Of a stretch of DNA of 64,000 nucleotides, positions 1 through 9,988 are shown piece by piece. Positions within the stretch are counted from its first letter, which is position 1. Each line of letters opens with the position of its first letter. The DNA lies in assembly GCA_963783885.1 (NCBI GenBank), contig CAWAPJ010000029.1, positions 37,593 to 101,592 of the forward strand, given 5' to 3'. Below the pieces are notes generated by a model, which was not told the DNA's origin, searched no databases, and worked only from the letters and a program-made list of their open reading frames with translations. The position numbers were made by a program, and so were the translations under genes. Origin of the DNA: Waddliaceae bacterium. Its GTDB lineage: Bacteria > Chlamydiota > Chlamydiia > Chlamydiales > SLFE01.

Positions 1-556
1 CATTGGCTACTTGCTCCTTCCCCTCGCCCAAAAGGGCCGCTGCAACAGCTGTTGTGGCGACTTTAACCAAGATGACATGGTCGAAGCCGATCCTGTTGAA
101 GCTGTTGGAAAGGGCAAGGACCCCTTGAATTTCATAAGCTTTGACGATTCCTTGAAGAAGGTCTCCCACTGTCAGCGATGTGCGGCCTTCCTTTAAGGCC
201 CGCTGGCTTAAAAAGTCGCCAAGCGCCAGCAAGCCGCCGATATTGTCGGAGGGGTGGCCCCACTCTTTGGCAAGAAAGGTGTCGTTGTAATCGAGCCACC
301 GGATCAGAGTGCCGATATTGAAGGCGCCCCTTATGGGGTCGAGTATAAAATCTGTTCCGGGAACGCGGCTTCCTCCGGGGACGGTTGTGCCCTGGACCAC
401 GGGTCCGAGCAATTTGGTGCATTCGGGAAAATTGAGAGCCAAAATGGCGCATCCGAGGCTGTCGAGAAGGCATAGTCTCGCGTTATCCAGAGCCTCCTGA
501 CTTTCGATAGTTTTTTCCGCTGCATATGCGGAAATTTTTTCGAGGACTTCATCCAT
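1..556 (-). CDS. prpD: 2-methylcitrate dehydratase, N-terminal part (gene continues past left edge)
   Basis: My own minus-strand translation from the ATG at 556 gives [108 protein letters not shown]...[17 protein letters not shown]. These are MmgE/PrpD hallmark blocks. It is absent from the ORF track because no stop falls in the window. It starts 3 nt after the prpC stop. Confidence 0.85.
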   Translation of the reverse strand, partial: MDEVLEKISAYAAEKTIESQEALDNARLCLLDSLGCAILALNFPECTKLLGPVVQGTTVPGGSRVPGTDFILDPIRGAFNIGTLIRWLDYNDTFLAKEWGHPSDNIGGLLALGDFLSQRALKEGRTSLTVGDLLQGIVKAYEIQGVLALSNSFNRIGFDHVILVKVATTAVAAALLGEGKEQVAN

Positions 557-559
557 AAT

Positions 560-1669
560 TCACGCTTTCCAAGTTTTGTGCTCTCGGCCGATGTAGCGGC
601 TTAAAGGGCGTATTAATTTATTGTTTTCCCTCTGCTCAAGCAGGTGGGCCGACCATCCGGCGATCCTGGACATGACAAAAATCGGGGTGAACATCGGAGT
701 CGGGATGCCGCAGAAATGGTAGGCGGCGGCGCTGTAAAAGTCGAGGTTGGGAAACAGCTTTTTCTCTCTCCACATCACCTTTTCGATTCTTTCCGAAACA
801 GGAAATATGTGTTTGTCTCCGGCCATCTCGGAGAGCTTCTTCGCCCACTGTTTGATGATGGGCGAGCGGGGATCTTTAGTTGTGTAGACACGGTGGCCGA
901 AGCCCATGATTTTCGTCTTCTTTTTGAGCATCTCGAGAATCTCTTCCTCTGCGGCGTCTGGGCTGTCGAATGATTCAATGAGTTCCATGGCAGCTTCGTT
1001 GGCACCGCCATGAAGAGGGCCTCTTAGCGCGCCTATGCCGCCGCAAATGCAGGAATAAAAATCGGACAAAGTGCTGGCGATGGTGCGTACAGTAAAAGTT
1101 GAGGCGTTGAACTCATGCTCGGCGTAAAGAATCAGCGAGACATCCAGGCACCGGCGGTGGGTTTCATCGGGCTCTTTCTCCAGAAGGAGTCTTAGAAAAT
1201 GTCCGGCAGTAGAGTCGTCGCCCGTTTCCACATCGATCCTCTTGCCTTCGGTGTGGAATTTGTACCAGTAGAGGAGCATTGACGGAAAGCTGGCAATCAG
1301 GCGGTCAGAGGCGGCAAACTTTGGAGTTTCCTGGTCTTCGGGTTCCAGATTGCCCAGAACTGAACAGCCTGTGCGGAGCACATCCATCATCTGGGTGCCG
1401 CTGGGAATCTCTTCAAGAATTTTTTTCAGAGGGGCGGGGAGATAGCGGAGGCTTTTGAGCTCTTGCCTGTAGCTTTTCAGTTCTGCCTGCGTTGGCAGAC
1501 TGCCGCGAAGAAGCAGCCAGGCCGCTTCCTCGAAGGTGCTATGCTCTGCCAGGTCTTCAATAGCATATCCTCGGTAAAGAAGGCTTTCTTCTTCGGCTCC
1601 GCAGAGGCAGATTGCCGAATCGCCGGCAATGACTCCCGCGAGTCCTCCAGATTTAACTTTTTGACTCAT
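560..1669 (-). CDS. prpC: 2-methylcitrate synthase / citrate synthase family
   Basis: The 369-aa ORF has citrate-synthase motifs (GPLHGGANE, MGFGHRVY, NLDFYS). It sits between prpB and prpD with 4-nt and 3-nt junctions. Confidence 0.85.
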   Translation of the reverse strand: MSQKVKSGGLAGVIAGDSAICLCGAEEESLLYRGYAIEDLAEHSTFEEAAWLLLRGSLPTQAELKSYRQELKSLRYLPAPLKKILEEIPSGTQMMDVLRTGCSVLGNLEPEDQETPKFAASDRLIASFPSMLLYWYKFHTEGKRIDVETGDDSTAGHFLRLLLEKEPDETHRRCLDVSLILYAEHEFNASTFTVRTIASTLSDFYSCICGGIGALRGPLHGGANEAAMELIESFDSPDAAEEEILEMLKKKTKIMGFGHRVYTTKDPRSPIIKQWAKKLSEMAGDKHIFPVSERIEKVMWREKKLFPNLDFYSAAAYHFCGIPTPMFTPIFVMSRIAGWSAHLLEQRENNKLIRPLSRYIGREHKTWKA

Positions 1670-2472
1670 AACGTCTCCTCATAATTTAAAAAATCATAAA
1701 GTTCTCGGCGCGTTTGCATGCGGTCTGTCATATCTTTTTGTGTTCCTTTGCTCCGAAGTTCGTTTAAGGCCAGGTAAGCGGCTCGGTTCATCACGCGCGA
1801 TACGGTTAAAGGATAAAGGGCCATGTCGACGCCGGCTGTGCGTAGCTGCTCCAAGTCAAAAAGAGGCGTTTTGCCGAATTCGGTAATGTTTGCCAGTACG
1901 GGAACACCCAGCTTTTTGAATTCTTGATACTTGCCAAGAGTTTCGACAGCTTCGGGAAACAGCATATCGGCTCCGGCTTTGACATAAGCCTCTGCTCTTT
2001 TAAGGGCTTCGGATCCTTTGGCGTCGGTTCTGGCCATGATCACAAAGTCGGGGCTGCCTCTGGCAGCAAGAGCTTCGCCGATCCTCTCGCACATCTCTTT
2101 AACTGACACTAGCAACTTTCCTTCAAGGTGTCCACATTTCTTGTTAACATCTTGATCCTCAATATGTACTGCTGAGACGCCCGCCTGCTCCATTGATCGA
2201 ACGGTTTTCCCGATGTCGCCTAAGCCGGTGTCGATGTCGACAAGAAGGGGCAGGTCCACTCTGCGGGCGATTCTACGGGCGTCCTCTAAGACATTGTCCA
2301 GGGTGGTCAGGCCCGTGTCGGGCAGGCCGAAAGAGACATTGGAGACGCCCGCCCCCGAAAGGTATATCGCCTTATATCCAACCTGCTTTGCCATGAGGGC
2401 GATATAGGGATTGAGAACCCCGACGATTTGGAGGGGCTGCTCGGACCTTAGAGCCTGCCGTAAAGAATTCAT
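1666..2472 (-). CDS. prpB: methylisocitrate lyase (PEP mutase/isocitrate lyase superfamily)
   Basis: The 268-aa ORF contains LSGAGVS, VDIDTGLG, IEDQ and KKCGH motifs typical of PrpB. It overlaps the prpC start by 4 nt. Confidence 0.8.
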   Translation of the reverse strand: MNSLRQALRSEQPLQIVGVLNPYIALMAKQVGYKAIYLSGAGVSNVSFGLPDTGLTTLDNVLEDARRIARRVDLPLLVDIDTGLGDIGKTVRSMEQAGVSAVHIEDQDVNKKCGHLEGKLLVSVKEMCERIGEALAARGSPDFVIMARTDAKGSEALKRAEAYVKAGADMLFPEAVETLGKYQEFKKLGVPVLANITEFGKTPLFDLEQLRTAGVDMALYPLTVSRVMNRAAYLALNELRSKGTQKDMTDRMQTRRELYDFLNYEETL

Positions 2473-2532
2473 ACGCGCAGGTTAATAACATTCATTTGAA
2501 ATGTCAATGCGGATGGATTAGACTGCGGACGG

Positions 2533-3258
2533 ATGAAGACATTAACCTATAGCAAGCAAGACACTATCGGAATTTTATCTTTGAATAGGCCTGAGGCTCT
2601 CAATGCCGTCAATCGCGAGATGCTCGAAGAGATGACCGAGTTTTTGGGAAATGTGACTAATATCAACATCTTGATTCTGACAGGGGCCGGCGGTAAAGCT
2701 TTCGCGGCAGGGGCCGATGTCAGGGAAATGAGCGGCCTGGGACCTGAAAAAATAGCTGAATTTTCCCGATTGGGGCAGGATGTCATTAAAACGCTTGAAG
2801 AGGTGTCATTTATCACAATTGCTGCTGTGAGAGGCTTTGCTTTGGGTGGGGGGTTGGAAATCGCGATGGGCTGCGACTTGATATATGCTTCGGAAAAAGC
2901 CAAATTCGGCCTTCCCGAAATTAAGCTGGGGCTCATTCCGGGATGGGGAGGCACCTATCGCCTTGCTAGGGCGATCGGGAAGAGGCGGGCAAAAGAGGTG
3001 ATGTTGACCGGGCGGATGTTTTCAGCGGATGAGGCTTATGATCTCGGTCTTGTCAATCGGGTATTTCCCGAAGACAATTTGATGGACGAGTGCCTCAAGC
3101 TGTCAAAAGGGATGCTTAAGTATTCGCCTTTTGCTTTAAGGCAGATCAAACAGGCATTAAATCAAGACGACTTTGACGAAGAGCGATTTGTCGAATGTTT
3201 TGCCACTGAGGAAGCTCAAAGGGATATTGAACAATTTTTACAGAAGCAAAAAATATGA
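2533..3258 (+). CDS. enoyl-CoA hydratase (crotonase family)
   Basis: The 241-aa ORF has crotonase motifs (LNRPEALNA, GAGGKAFAAGADV, GFALGGGLEIAMGCD, PEIKLGLIPGWGGT). Confidence 0.85.
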   Translation: MKTLTYSKQDTIGILSLNRPEALNAVNREMLEEMTEFLGNVTNINILILTGAGGKAFAAGADVREMSGLGPEKIAEFSRLGQDVIKTLEEVSFITIAAVRGFALGGGLEIAMGCDLIYASEKAKFGLPEIKLGLIPGWGGTYRLARAIGKRRAKEVMLTGRMFSADEAYDLGLVNRVFPEDNLMDECLKLSKGMLKYSPFALRQIKQALNQDDFDEERFVECFATEEAQRDIEQFLQKQKI

Positions 3259-4571
3259 ATCGATGGAAAAAGGTCGCTGTCATAGGGGCGGCGGGAAAAA
3301 TGGGCAGGGGAATCTCGCTCATCCTTTTGCAGGAAATGGCTTGTCTGGACGTCGAGGAAAACGGAAGCGTCGGGCAAAACGATTTCAGTTTATATTTGAT
3401 TGATACCGACGAAGAGGCCGTTTTCGGGCTGAGACATTATTTCCGTCCCCACCTCACCCGCTATGCGGAAAAGGCGATCAATCGGATACGGTCGTACTTT
3501 TACACACGCGCCGACCTCATCGAAAACAGGCAGATGATTCAAGAATTTGTCGAAGGGGCTCTTGATTTGATTCGTCCATCCACTGAATTGAAAACAGCCA
3601 AAAACTCCCTGATGGTTTTCGAGGCTGTCGTGGAAGACTTCGATCTGAAAAAAAACATTCTCGGCAAATTAAAATCCCTTTGCTCAGACGAAACGGTCTT
3701 TTTTACCAATACATCATCGATCCCCATCGGGGAGCTGGGGCAAAGCTCAGGGTTGGATGGCAGGCTGGTCGGCACTCACTTCTACAACCCTCCCCCTGTG
3801 CAAAAACTGTTGGAAGTGATTTTTCCAGGTGATGCCGATAGCGCAGTCAAGGAGCTGGCTTTGGAAGTGGGCAAGGACTTGGGGAAGACTGCCGTCGCGA
3901 GCCGCGATGTTGCGGGGTTCATCGGAAACGGCCATTTTATCAGGGAAATCGCATTTGCGTGCGATCTGTACGAGAGGCTTAGGGAAAATTATTCCCATGT
4001 CGAAGCTGTTGTCGTAGTGGATGCCATCACGAGGGATTTTTTGATTCGTCCGATGGGCATTTTTCAGCTACTCGACTATGTGGGACTGGACGTTTGGAAA
4101 AAAATCGCCGCTATCATGACAGAGAAAATTCCTCTTGAAGGGATCTCTCCAACTCTATTAAACGATATGGTCGAGAGGGGAAAGGTCGGTGGGCAAAATA
4201 TGGACGGCTCGCAAAAGGAGGGATTTTTCCGTTATCAAAAAAACCAGATCGCTGATGTATTTGATTTGGAAAAAGACACTTATATCCCTTTGGACGAAGA
4301 AAAAAAGAAGCATATTGAAGCGCTTCTCGGCCCTGTTCCTGAAGGTCATATGCCTTGGAAAAAAGCGCGGAATCTGGAAGATCGGGAAGAGAGGTTGAAG
4401 ATCTACGAAAACAACCTGAGAGAGACAAATACTTTGGCCGCTCATCTGGCCGTGGAATTTTTAGACTATTCGCGAAAGGCGTCCGAAGAGCTTGTGAGAA
4501 GCAAAGTGGCCGGCAGTCTGGAAGATGTTCATACGGTTTTAAAATACGGGTTTTATCATGTCCTCGTTTAG
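3255..4571 (+). CDS. 3-hydroxyacyl-CoA dehydrogenase
   Basis: The 438-aa ORF has an N-terminal Rossmann motif (VAVIGAAGKMGRGI) and HFYNPPPVQKLLEVI, which resembles the 3HCDH signature. It overlaps the hydratase stop by 4 nt. Confidence 0.75.
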   Translation: MNRWKKVAVIGAAGKMGRGISLILLQEMACLDVEENGSVGQNDFSLYLIDTDEEAVFGLRHYFRPHLTRYAEKAINRIRSYFYTRADLIENRQMIQEFVEGALDLIRPSTELKTAKNSLMVFEAVVEDFDLKKNILGKLKSLCSDETVFFTNTSSIPIGELGQSSGLDGRLVGTHFYNPPPVQKLLEVIFPGDADSAVKELALEVGKDLGKTAVASRDVAGFIGNGHFIREIAFACDLYERLRENYSHVEAVVVVDAITRDFLIRPMGIFQLLDYVGLDVWKKIAAIMTEKIPLEGISPTLLNDMVERGKVGGQNMDGSQKEGFFRYQKNQIADVFDLEKDTYIPLDEEKKKHIEALLGPVPEGHMPWKKARNLEDREERLKIYENNLRETNTLAAHLAVEFLDYSRKASEELVRSKVAGSLEDVHTVLKYGFYHVLV

Positions 4572-5799
4572 AAAAAAAATCTACATCGCCGCTGGGTACA
4601 ATACCATTTATTTCGGTCCGGGACGGCCAGAGTTCGATCCCAAAAAGCCGATGCCGGATCTGGAGTCTTACCTGACCGAAACAGCCGAAGGAACGACCAA
4701 GCAGGTTCCTGAGTTGCAGGTAGAAGAAGGAGTTATCGGCAGCTTTATGTCGGCAAGATTTTTGAAACAGGCCAATATCCCCGGATTTCTTCCCTTCATG
4801 GTTCCTTCCTTGAAAGGGAAACCTTGCACCGGAATCGAAGGAGCCTGCGGTACAGGTGGCCGGACAATCGGCGTGGCTGTCCGTTCTGTCCTGTCGGACA
4901 TGGCAGACGTCGTGTTTGCGGCTGCTTTTGAAATCCAAAATACGATGAAAGCCGTCTATGGTGCCGATGTTCTTGCAGGGGCGGCTTATTTCGGCAAAGA
5001 GAGGAAGCAAGGCGCTGCTTACTACTTTCCCGGAATTTTTGCCGAGCGGGCGGGCGCTTACTTTCGCGAATATGGGGAGAAGTATGCGCGGATGGGATTT
5101 GCCAAGTGGTATGAGCAGGCAATCGAAAAAGCGAGGAAAAATCCCAAAGCGCAGGAGCACTTCAATAAGACCGCCAACCTATTCGATAAAGCGATGACCC
5201 CTCCCGACCCCAAACGTTTTTTGCCCTACCTCAATCAATATGACTGTTCGAAAGTTTCCGACGGCGCGTCGTCGCTTTTGGTGCTCTCCGAAGAGGGACT
5301 GAAGAAATGCGGCCTCAAAAAAAGCGAGGCAGTCGAACTCATTGCCCTTGGCGAGTCGGAGAGCGACATCACAAAACCTCCCCCCGATCCTACTGTTTTC
5401 GACAACACCGAAAACGCGGTGAAAAAAGCTCTGAACGCATCAGGACTTGCTTTGGAAGATATCGGAGTTTTGGAAGTGCATGACTGCTTTTCCATCAGCG
5501 GTATTCTCTCACTGGAGGCGGCAGGATTTGTTCAAAAGGGAAAAGCTCCTGAGTTTGTTATGGAGGAGAGGATCAGTGAATCCGGGACGATTCCCATCAA
5601 TCTTTCGGGCGGACTTACCGGGTTCGGCCATCCGACAGGGGCCAGCGGAGTCCGGCAGATGGTCGATCTTCTCCATCAGCTGACGAAAAAAGCGGAAAAT
5701 CCGGCTCAAAACGAACCTGAAACCGGCATGATGATCAGCATGGGAGGCAATGACAAGACTGTCACTTGCGCAATTGTTAGGACTTGTCTTCATACATGA
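4558..5799 (+). CDS. thiolase-like protein (SCP-x / acetyl-CoA acyltransferase type)
   Basis: The 413-aa ORF has IEGACGTGG near the expected active-site Cys, a VHDCFS motif and a C-terminal GFGHPTGASGVRQ block. It is the third gene of the beta-oxidation operon. Confidence 0.7.
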   Translation: MSSFRKKIYIAAGYNTIYFGPGRPEFDPKKPMPDLESYLTETAEGTTKQVPELQVEEGVIGSFMSARFLKQANIPGFLPFMVPSLKGKPCTGIEGACGTGGRTIGVAVRSVLSDMADVVFAAAFEIQNTMKAVYGADVLAGAAYFGKERKQGAAYYFPGIFAERAGAYFREYGEKYARMGFAKWYEQAIEKARKNPKAQEHFNKTANLFDKAMTPPDPKRFLPYLNQYDCSKVSDGASSLLVLSEEGLKKCGLKKSEAVELIALGESESDITKPPPDPTVFDNTENAVKKALNASGLALEDIGVLEVHDCFSISGILSLEAAGFVQKGKAPEFVMEERISESGTIPINLSGGLTGFGHPTGASGVRQMVDLLHQLTKKAENPAQNEPETGMMISMGGNDKTVTCAIVRTCLHT

Positions 5800-8700
5800 A
5801 TGAAGTGACATACATCAGAGCACAAAAGATGATAGTGCAGAAAAGAGTTTTGGTCAGAATAATGATCAGATTGATCAGCATTTTCATAATAGCCGGTTGA
5901 CTGTGATACCAGTAGATGTTTCTTAATTCAAACGACTTATTGGGCAAATGATTAAGCAGCTGTTTTGAATTGTCCAAAAGCGTTTTATCATAGACCGATT
6001 TAAAACGTTCATCGGGAAATTCAATGAGTTCGTATGACATTGTTTTCATCCAAAGAACCGACCCAAGGATATCCAAAGCGGGAGCCAGCTTTTTTTTGTG
6101 ATTTCTGATATCCCAAATTCCCATAACAAGACTGGAGACGATTTGGCATCTAAGTTCAGCGAGATATTTTTCATCTTCTTTTGCGAGTTCGTCCGGTATG
6201 ATGGCCCATCTGTAGGCAATTTTGCAAAGGTCGGCATTTGAATAATCAGAGCGTTTTATATTGCAGATATCCCGGCAGATAAGATTCAAAAACAGTCTTT
6301 TATTGCGAAGAGATAAGCTCTCGTCAAGAGCAAGCGAAAAAAGCCGGTTCCATCGCTCGGCTTCCTTAATTTGAATTTTCAGAGGCTGGTCTTTGTTTAA
6401 TCTTAAAGAGCTCTGTTTGGTCAATAGATTCCAGGATTCGCTGAGTTTTTCTTTTCGAATCAGAATGTCAAAAATCTTTTTCCATATGGAATTTTTTTCA
6501 GAAATCGACGGAGAATACTTCTTCCATAAGTGCAGAGCCATCATATGGCTTTCTGTTCCCTGTACAAGATCATAAGAGTGGAATCTTCGAATCCAGAGAG
6601 AAACTTCCTTTTCGATGTCGGTTGGAGTGGGTAAGGAAGCTAAAAAGGTATCGATTCTATTTTTAAGGTTAGAGTGAGATTGGCGGCTTATGAGCGTTTC
6701 AATTTCTTTTTTTTGCAGTTGTCTAAGTTCCGGGGAAGCAGGGCTTTCAAGTTTTTCCAGCCATTCAATGACAGATCTCAAAACAGAAAGGTCTTTGTCT
6801 TCGGAATGAAGTCCGATTTGCTTGAGCCGCGGGATGATATCTTCGCCAAGCACTTTTTGACCGGCATTGATTAATCCGAGCGCAGTCTTGACATTAACAT
6901 CAATCGCAAACAACCAAAGGTCAGAGTCAAGGGGATGAATGTTAAGTTTACTCAGCCTCATAAGATTTTGTCCGATTTGATTTGGGGAGAGTTTTTTCAT
7001 GGGAACGCTAAGATCGGGAAGAAGCTGGTCGATAAGCTTCAGATTCAGCGAGGCGGAGTTTTTTTGAGATTTGGTAATCAGTTGATTGAAACAATTTTTG
7101 ATCGTTCCTTTGCTGCTTAAGGGAAGAAAAAGGGCTGCGGCTTCCCAGGCTTTGTTGATGTCATGGGATAATAGGTCAGAAAAAATGATGCTTAGTTCTT
7201 TTGCGGCTTCTTTGCTTTCAGTGCCGACTTTTAGTAAAATATCGGCAGCTATGATTAAATTGTTTGATTCAAGACAGTGCTTTGCGACCATTAGCTGATA
7301 ATCCGCAGACAAATGGTTAGTGAGAATCAAAGGATCAACCTTATCCTTTTCTAAAGGATAAAATAACCGTTTTTTGCCGAGGGATTGGGCTTGAGTTTTC
7401 TTCAAGAGCAGGCTAAGAAGATAGCACTTGACCTCTTCATCGAATTCTTTCGAATCGGCTGCTTCTTTCCATTGCTGATAAGCCTTTTCAACTGAGGTCT
7501 CACAATAGTGGAGAATCAGAATTTGTTGAATCGAGGTGAAAGATAGCCCTCCATTGTCATCTAAAACCTTAAGGAATTTTTTGACGAGTTTTTGAGGGGG
7601 TAGATGATTGAGAAGCAGCCTTTGCTTGTCTTCTGTTTCGAGGAAAATAAGAGAAGAAGTCAGCGATTCAATGGATTCGAACGGGGAGCCATTGATAATT
7701 TTCAAAAAGAGGCTGATAAAATGTAATATGGGTTTATCGTCTGGTGTTAAGGAGTTGAAAACTTCGATTGGAAAGGATATGTCATGTTTTGTCGCCTTTT
7801 TGCCTTTCGACAAGACATACAGAATAAATTTTAAAAGTATTCCGGACAGAAGGGCGAGTCTAGGTTTGATGTCATCGGCGTCATACTCAGGCCGGAAGAT
7901 ATGAATAAATTTCTCGACCGTCGCGGCAGGTTCGTATTTTAACTGGACAACCGCATTTTGACTTTGATCTAAAGAAAGAGCTAAAAAATTTTCACCGTTC
8001 TGACAGCTTGGAAAAACGGGGAGGGCGTCTTTGAGGTTAAAGGCCCTGTTTCCCTCAAGCATCAAAAGAGAGCACATTTTTATTGTTGTGACGAGGTACC
8101 CGCATCCATAGGAATACTTTTTGATATATTCGGTAACTTCGATAAGAAGTTGGTTTTTGAACTTATTGCTAATAAACTTTGGAGATGTCTGCCAATAGTT
8201 AAACTTGTCTCCCTCTTCAAAATAGTCGTCGATCATGCCGATAATGTTGAGGCAAAAAGCCAGCTTTGATTTTGAAGAATGAAGGTGGGCCTGCCTCTCT
8301 GTAAAGCAGGAAACAAATTGTTTGACTGAGGGTTTCTTTGTTAGAAAGATTTTTACTGTCTTTTTAACAATGCCCGCTTGCGGAGTTGCCCAGCCGCAGG
8401 ACTGAAATTGAACGAGTCTTTTTAATGCTCCATGATTGATGGGCTGGTCGATATAAAAGATTTTGGTGAGTCTGTGGAGAAACCATTCAGGAAATGAGGC
8501 CCTCTTTGCAAGTTTTGGGATTGCGTTTTTCGTTTTGATCCAATCTTTTAATGAAATATAGAGGCTGTCGGTTGTCGTCAGATGAGAAGGCTCGGCACCT
8601 TGATACGTAATAATGTCGAGATCATACGGAGTTCCCTCAAAAGTGTAAACATGGGTTAAAACATTGATCTCATAGGGAGTTTTATTAGGAACCCTTTCAT

Positions 8701-9157
8701 TGGCCAAATCGCAGAGGATTTTGTGAAATACTTGAGATTCAGCAGAAGAAATGATAATCCTAAGATCGATATCGGAAAAATGCAAGGCGATATTATCCAC
8801 GCAGTTTTCTAAAAAGAGCTTGCACTTTTCTGGAACAGCCTTTTGAGAGATAATTTTTTTAAACCAGTCTATATCCGCGGGAAGCGAGCTTCCGGCTAGA
8901 TGGATATCGTGCTCGGGATATGTTTCCAGATATTTTGTGACAAAATCAATGATGCGCGCTTCGCCGGTTTCTGAAAGCTTAATGGTTGAATTCAGCAGGC
9001 ATTCAATCTTTCTGTTGTCAAAAGGGAGGGGCGCAAGGTCTTTGAATGAGGAATCAGGATTGCTCCTTCCAGAGGGGAGGAGGCTGTCGGTTGCTAAAAG
9101 TCTTTGCCGCAGCTTAACAAGAGGGAAGTTAACTAGATTATTCGATAAACCGTCCAT
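5777..9157 (-). CDS. large (1126 aa) lineage-specific protein with a C-terminal transmembrane tail; putative secreted effector
   Basis: It is one uninterrupted ORF. The DNA is visibly more AT-rich than its neighbours. The C-terminus MLINLIIILTKTLFCTIIFCALMYVTSF is hydrophobic. Near the N-terminus there is a GS...DxD...DxD pattern (HLAGSS, FSDIDLRII, PYDLDII). I recognise no other family. Confidence 0.6.
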   Translation of the reverse strand: MDGLSNNLVNFPLVKLRQRLLATDSLLPSGRSNPDSSFKDLAPLPFDNRKIECLLNSTIKLSETGEARIIDFVTKYLETYPEHDIHLAGSSLPADIDWFKKIISQKAVPEKCKLFLENCVDNIALHFSDIDLRIIISSAESQVFHKILCDLANERVPNKTPYEINVLTHVYTFEGTPYDLDIITYQGAEPSHLTTTDSLYISLKDWIKTKNAIPKLAKRASFPEWFLHRLTKIFYIDQPINHGALKRLVQFQSCGWATPQAGIVKKTVKIFLTKKPSVKQFVSCFTERQAHLHSSKSKLAFCLNIIGMIDDYFEEGDKFNYWQTSPKFISNKFKNQLLIEVTEYIKKYSYGCGYLVTTIKMCSLLMLEGNRAFNLKDALPVFPSCQNGENFLALSLDQSQNAVVQLKYEPAATVEKFIHIFRPEYDADDIKPRLALLSGILLKFILYVLSKGKKATKHDISFPIEVFNSLTPDDKPILHFISLFLKIINGSPFESIESLTSSLIFLETEDKQRLLLNHLPPQKLVKKFLKVLDDNGGLSFTSIQQILILHYCETSVEKAYQQWKEAADSKEFDEEVKCYLLSLLLKKTQAQSLGKKRLFYPLEKDKVDPLILTNHLSADYQLMVAKHCLESNNLIIAADILLKVGTESKEAAKELSIIFSDLLSHDINKAWEAAALFLPLSSKGTIKNCFNQLITKSQKNSASLNLKLIDQLLPDLSVPMKKLSPNQIGQNLMRLSKLNIHPLDSDLWLFAIDVNVKTALGLINAGQKVLGEDIIPRLKQIGLHSEDKDLSVLRSVIEWLEKLESPASPELRQLQKKEIETLISRQSHSNLKNRIDTFLASLPTPTDIEKEVSLWIRRFHSYDLVQGTESHMMALHLWKKYSPSISEKNSIWKKIFDILIRKEKLSESWNLLTKQSSLRLNKDQPLKIQIKEAERWNRLFSLALDESLSLRNKRLFLNLICRDICNIKRSDYSNADLCKIAYRWAIIPDELAKEDEKYLAELRCQIVSSLVMGIWDIRNHKKKLAPALDILGSVLWMKTMSYELIEFPDERFKSVYDKTLLDNSKQLLNHLPNKSFELRNIYWYHSQPAIMKMLINLIIILTKTLFCTIIFCALMYVTSFMYEDKS

Positions 9158-9193
9158 ATAGACGATTAATTATCAACTACTTGGATATAAAAA

Positions 9194-9939
9194 TCAATAA
9201 TGGTTGCGCATTTCGCGCATCTTGGCGAAGACCTCAAGGTCAGAAGAATCCCTCATATTCAATGCGTTGCGGAGATCGGGGTCATCGGCTCTCAAAAAAG
9301 GGTTTGTCAGTTTTTCTTCTGCTAGAGTGCTGGGAATTGTGGGAATATTTTTTTCCCTAAGCGAGCGGGCCTGAGCGAGTCTTTCTTGAATTTTTGGATT
9401 TTTCGGCTCGATTGAGGCGGCGAACTCGAGATTTTTAACGGTATATTCATGACCGCAGAGGATTTTTGTGTCGTCCGGCAGTTTGCAGATTTTCAAAAGG
9501 GAGTGATGCATTTGTTCGGGGGTTCCCTCGAAGAGCCTCCCGCAGCCGCCTCCGAACAGGGTATCGCCGGAAAGAAGCCATTTTTGCTCCGGCTCATAAT
9601 AGATGACGTGGCTGGACGTGTGTCCGGGGACTTCGATTACGGTAAAATTCAGGGGGCCGAAGGAGATGACCTCTCCCTCTTCGGCGGCCTGAGTGAGCTT
9701 GGGAACGCGGCTGTCCTCGGGGCCGATGACCGGGCAGCCTGTGGCATCGACCAGCTTTTCCACTCCGGCTGTGTGGTCCCAATGATGATGGGTGACAAGA
9801 ATCGCTTGAAGTTTCAGGTTTTGTTGTTTTAAGGCGTCAAGAACCGGTTCCGATTCCCGGGATCGACCGCTACGGCCATATTCCCAAAGATCAGCAGATA
9901 TATGTAATTATCGCTTAAAGCCGATAGGATCTTGAGCAT
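9194..9939 (-). pseudogene. gloB: hydroxyacylglutathione hydrolase (glyoxalase II), interrupted by a 1-nt frameshift
   Basis: The N-terminal piece MLKILSALSDNYIYLLIFGNMAVAVDPG (from the ATG at 9939) is in one frame. The rest, ...SEPVLDALKQQNLKLQAILVTHHHWDHTAGVEKLVDATG...GHTSSH...CGHEYT, is in the -1 frame. The switch lies in the GGGAA stretch at about 9850-9862. Adding one nt restores a 248-aa protein. Confidence 0.8.
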
Positions 9940-9988
9940 CTGCGTGTATGTTAGCAAATAACGGCCTTTTGAGAAAAGGCCGTTGTTT

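Noticed and set aside
331-552. 73-aa minus-strand ORF just downstream of prpC
   Set aside because: It is an out-of-frame shadow of the real prpD reading frame, which starts at 556 and gives textbook PrpD sequence.
4114-5160. 348-aa ORF on the minus strand
   Set aside because: It lies entirely antisense to the well-supported 3-hydroxyacyl-CoA dehydrogenase and thiolase genes. Its translation is Arg/Ser/Pro/Phe-rich with no motifs, so it is a typical shadow ORF.
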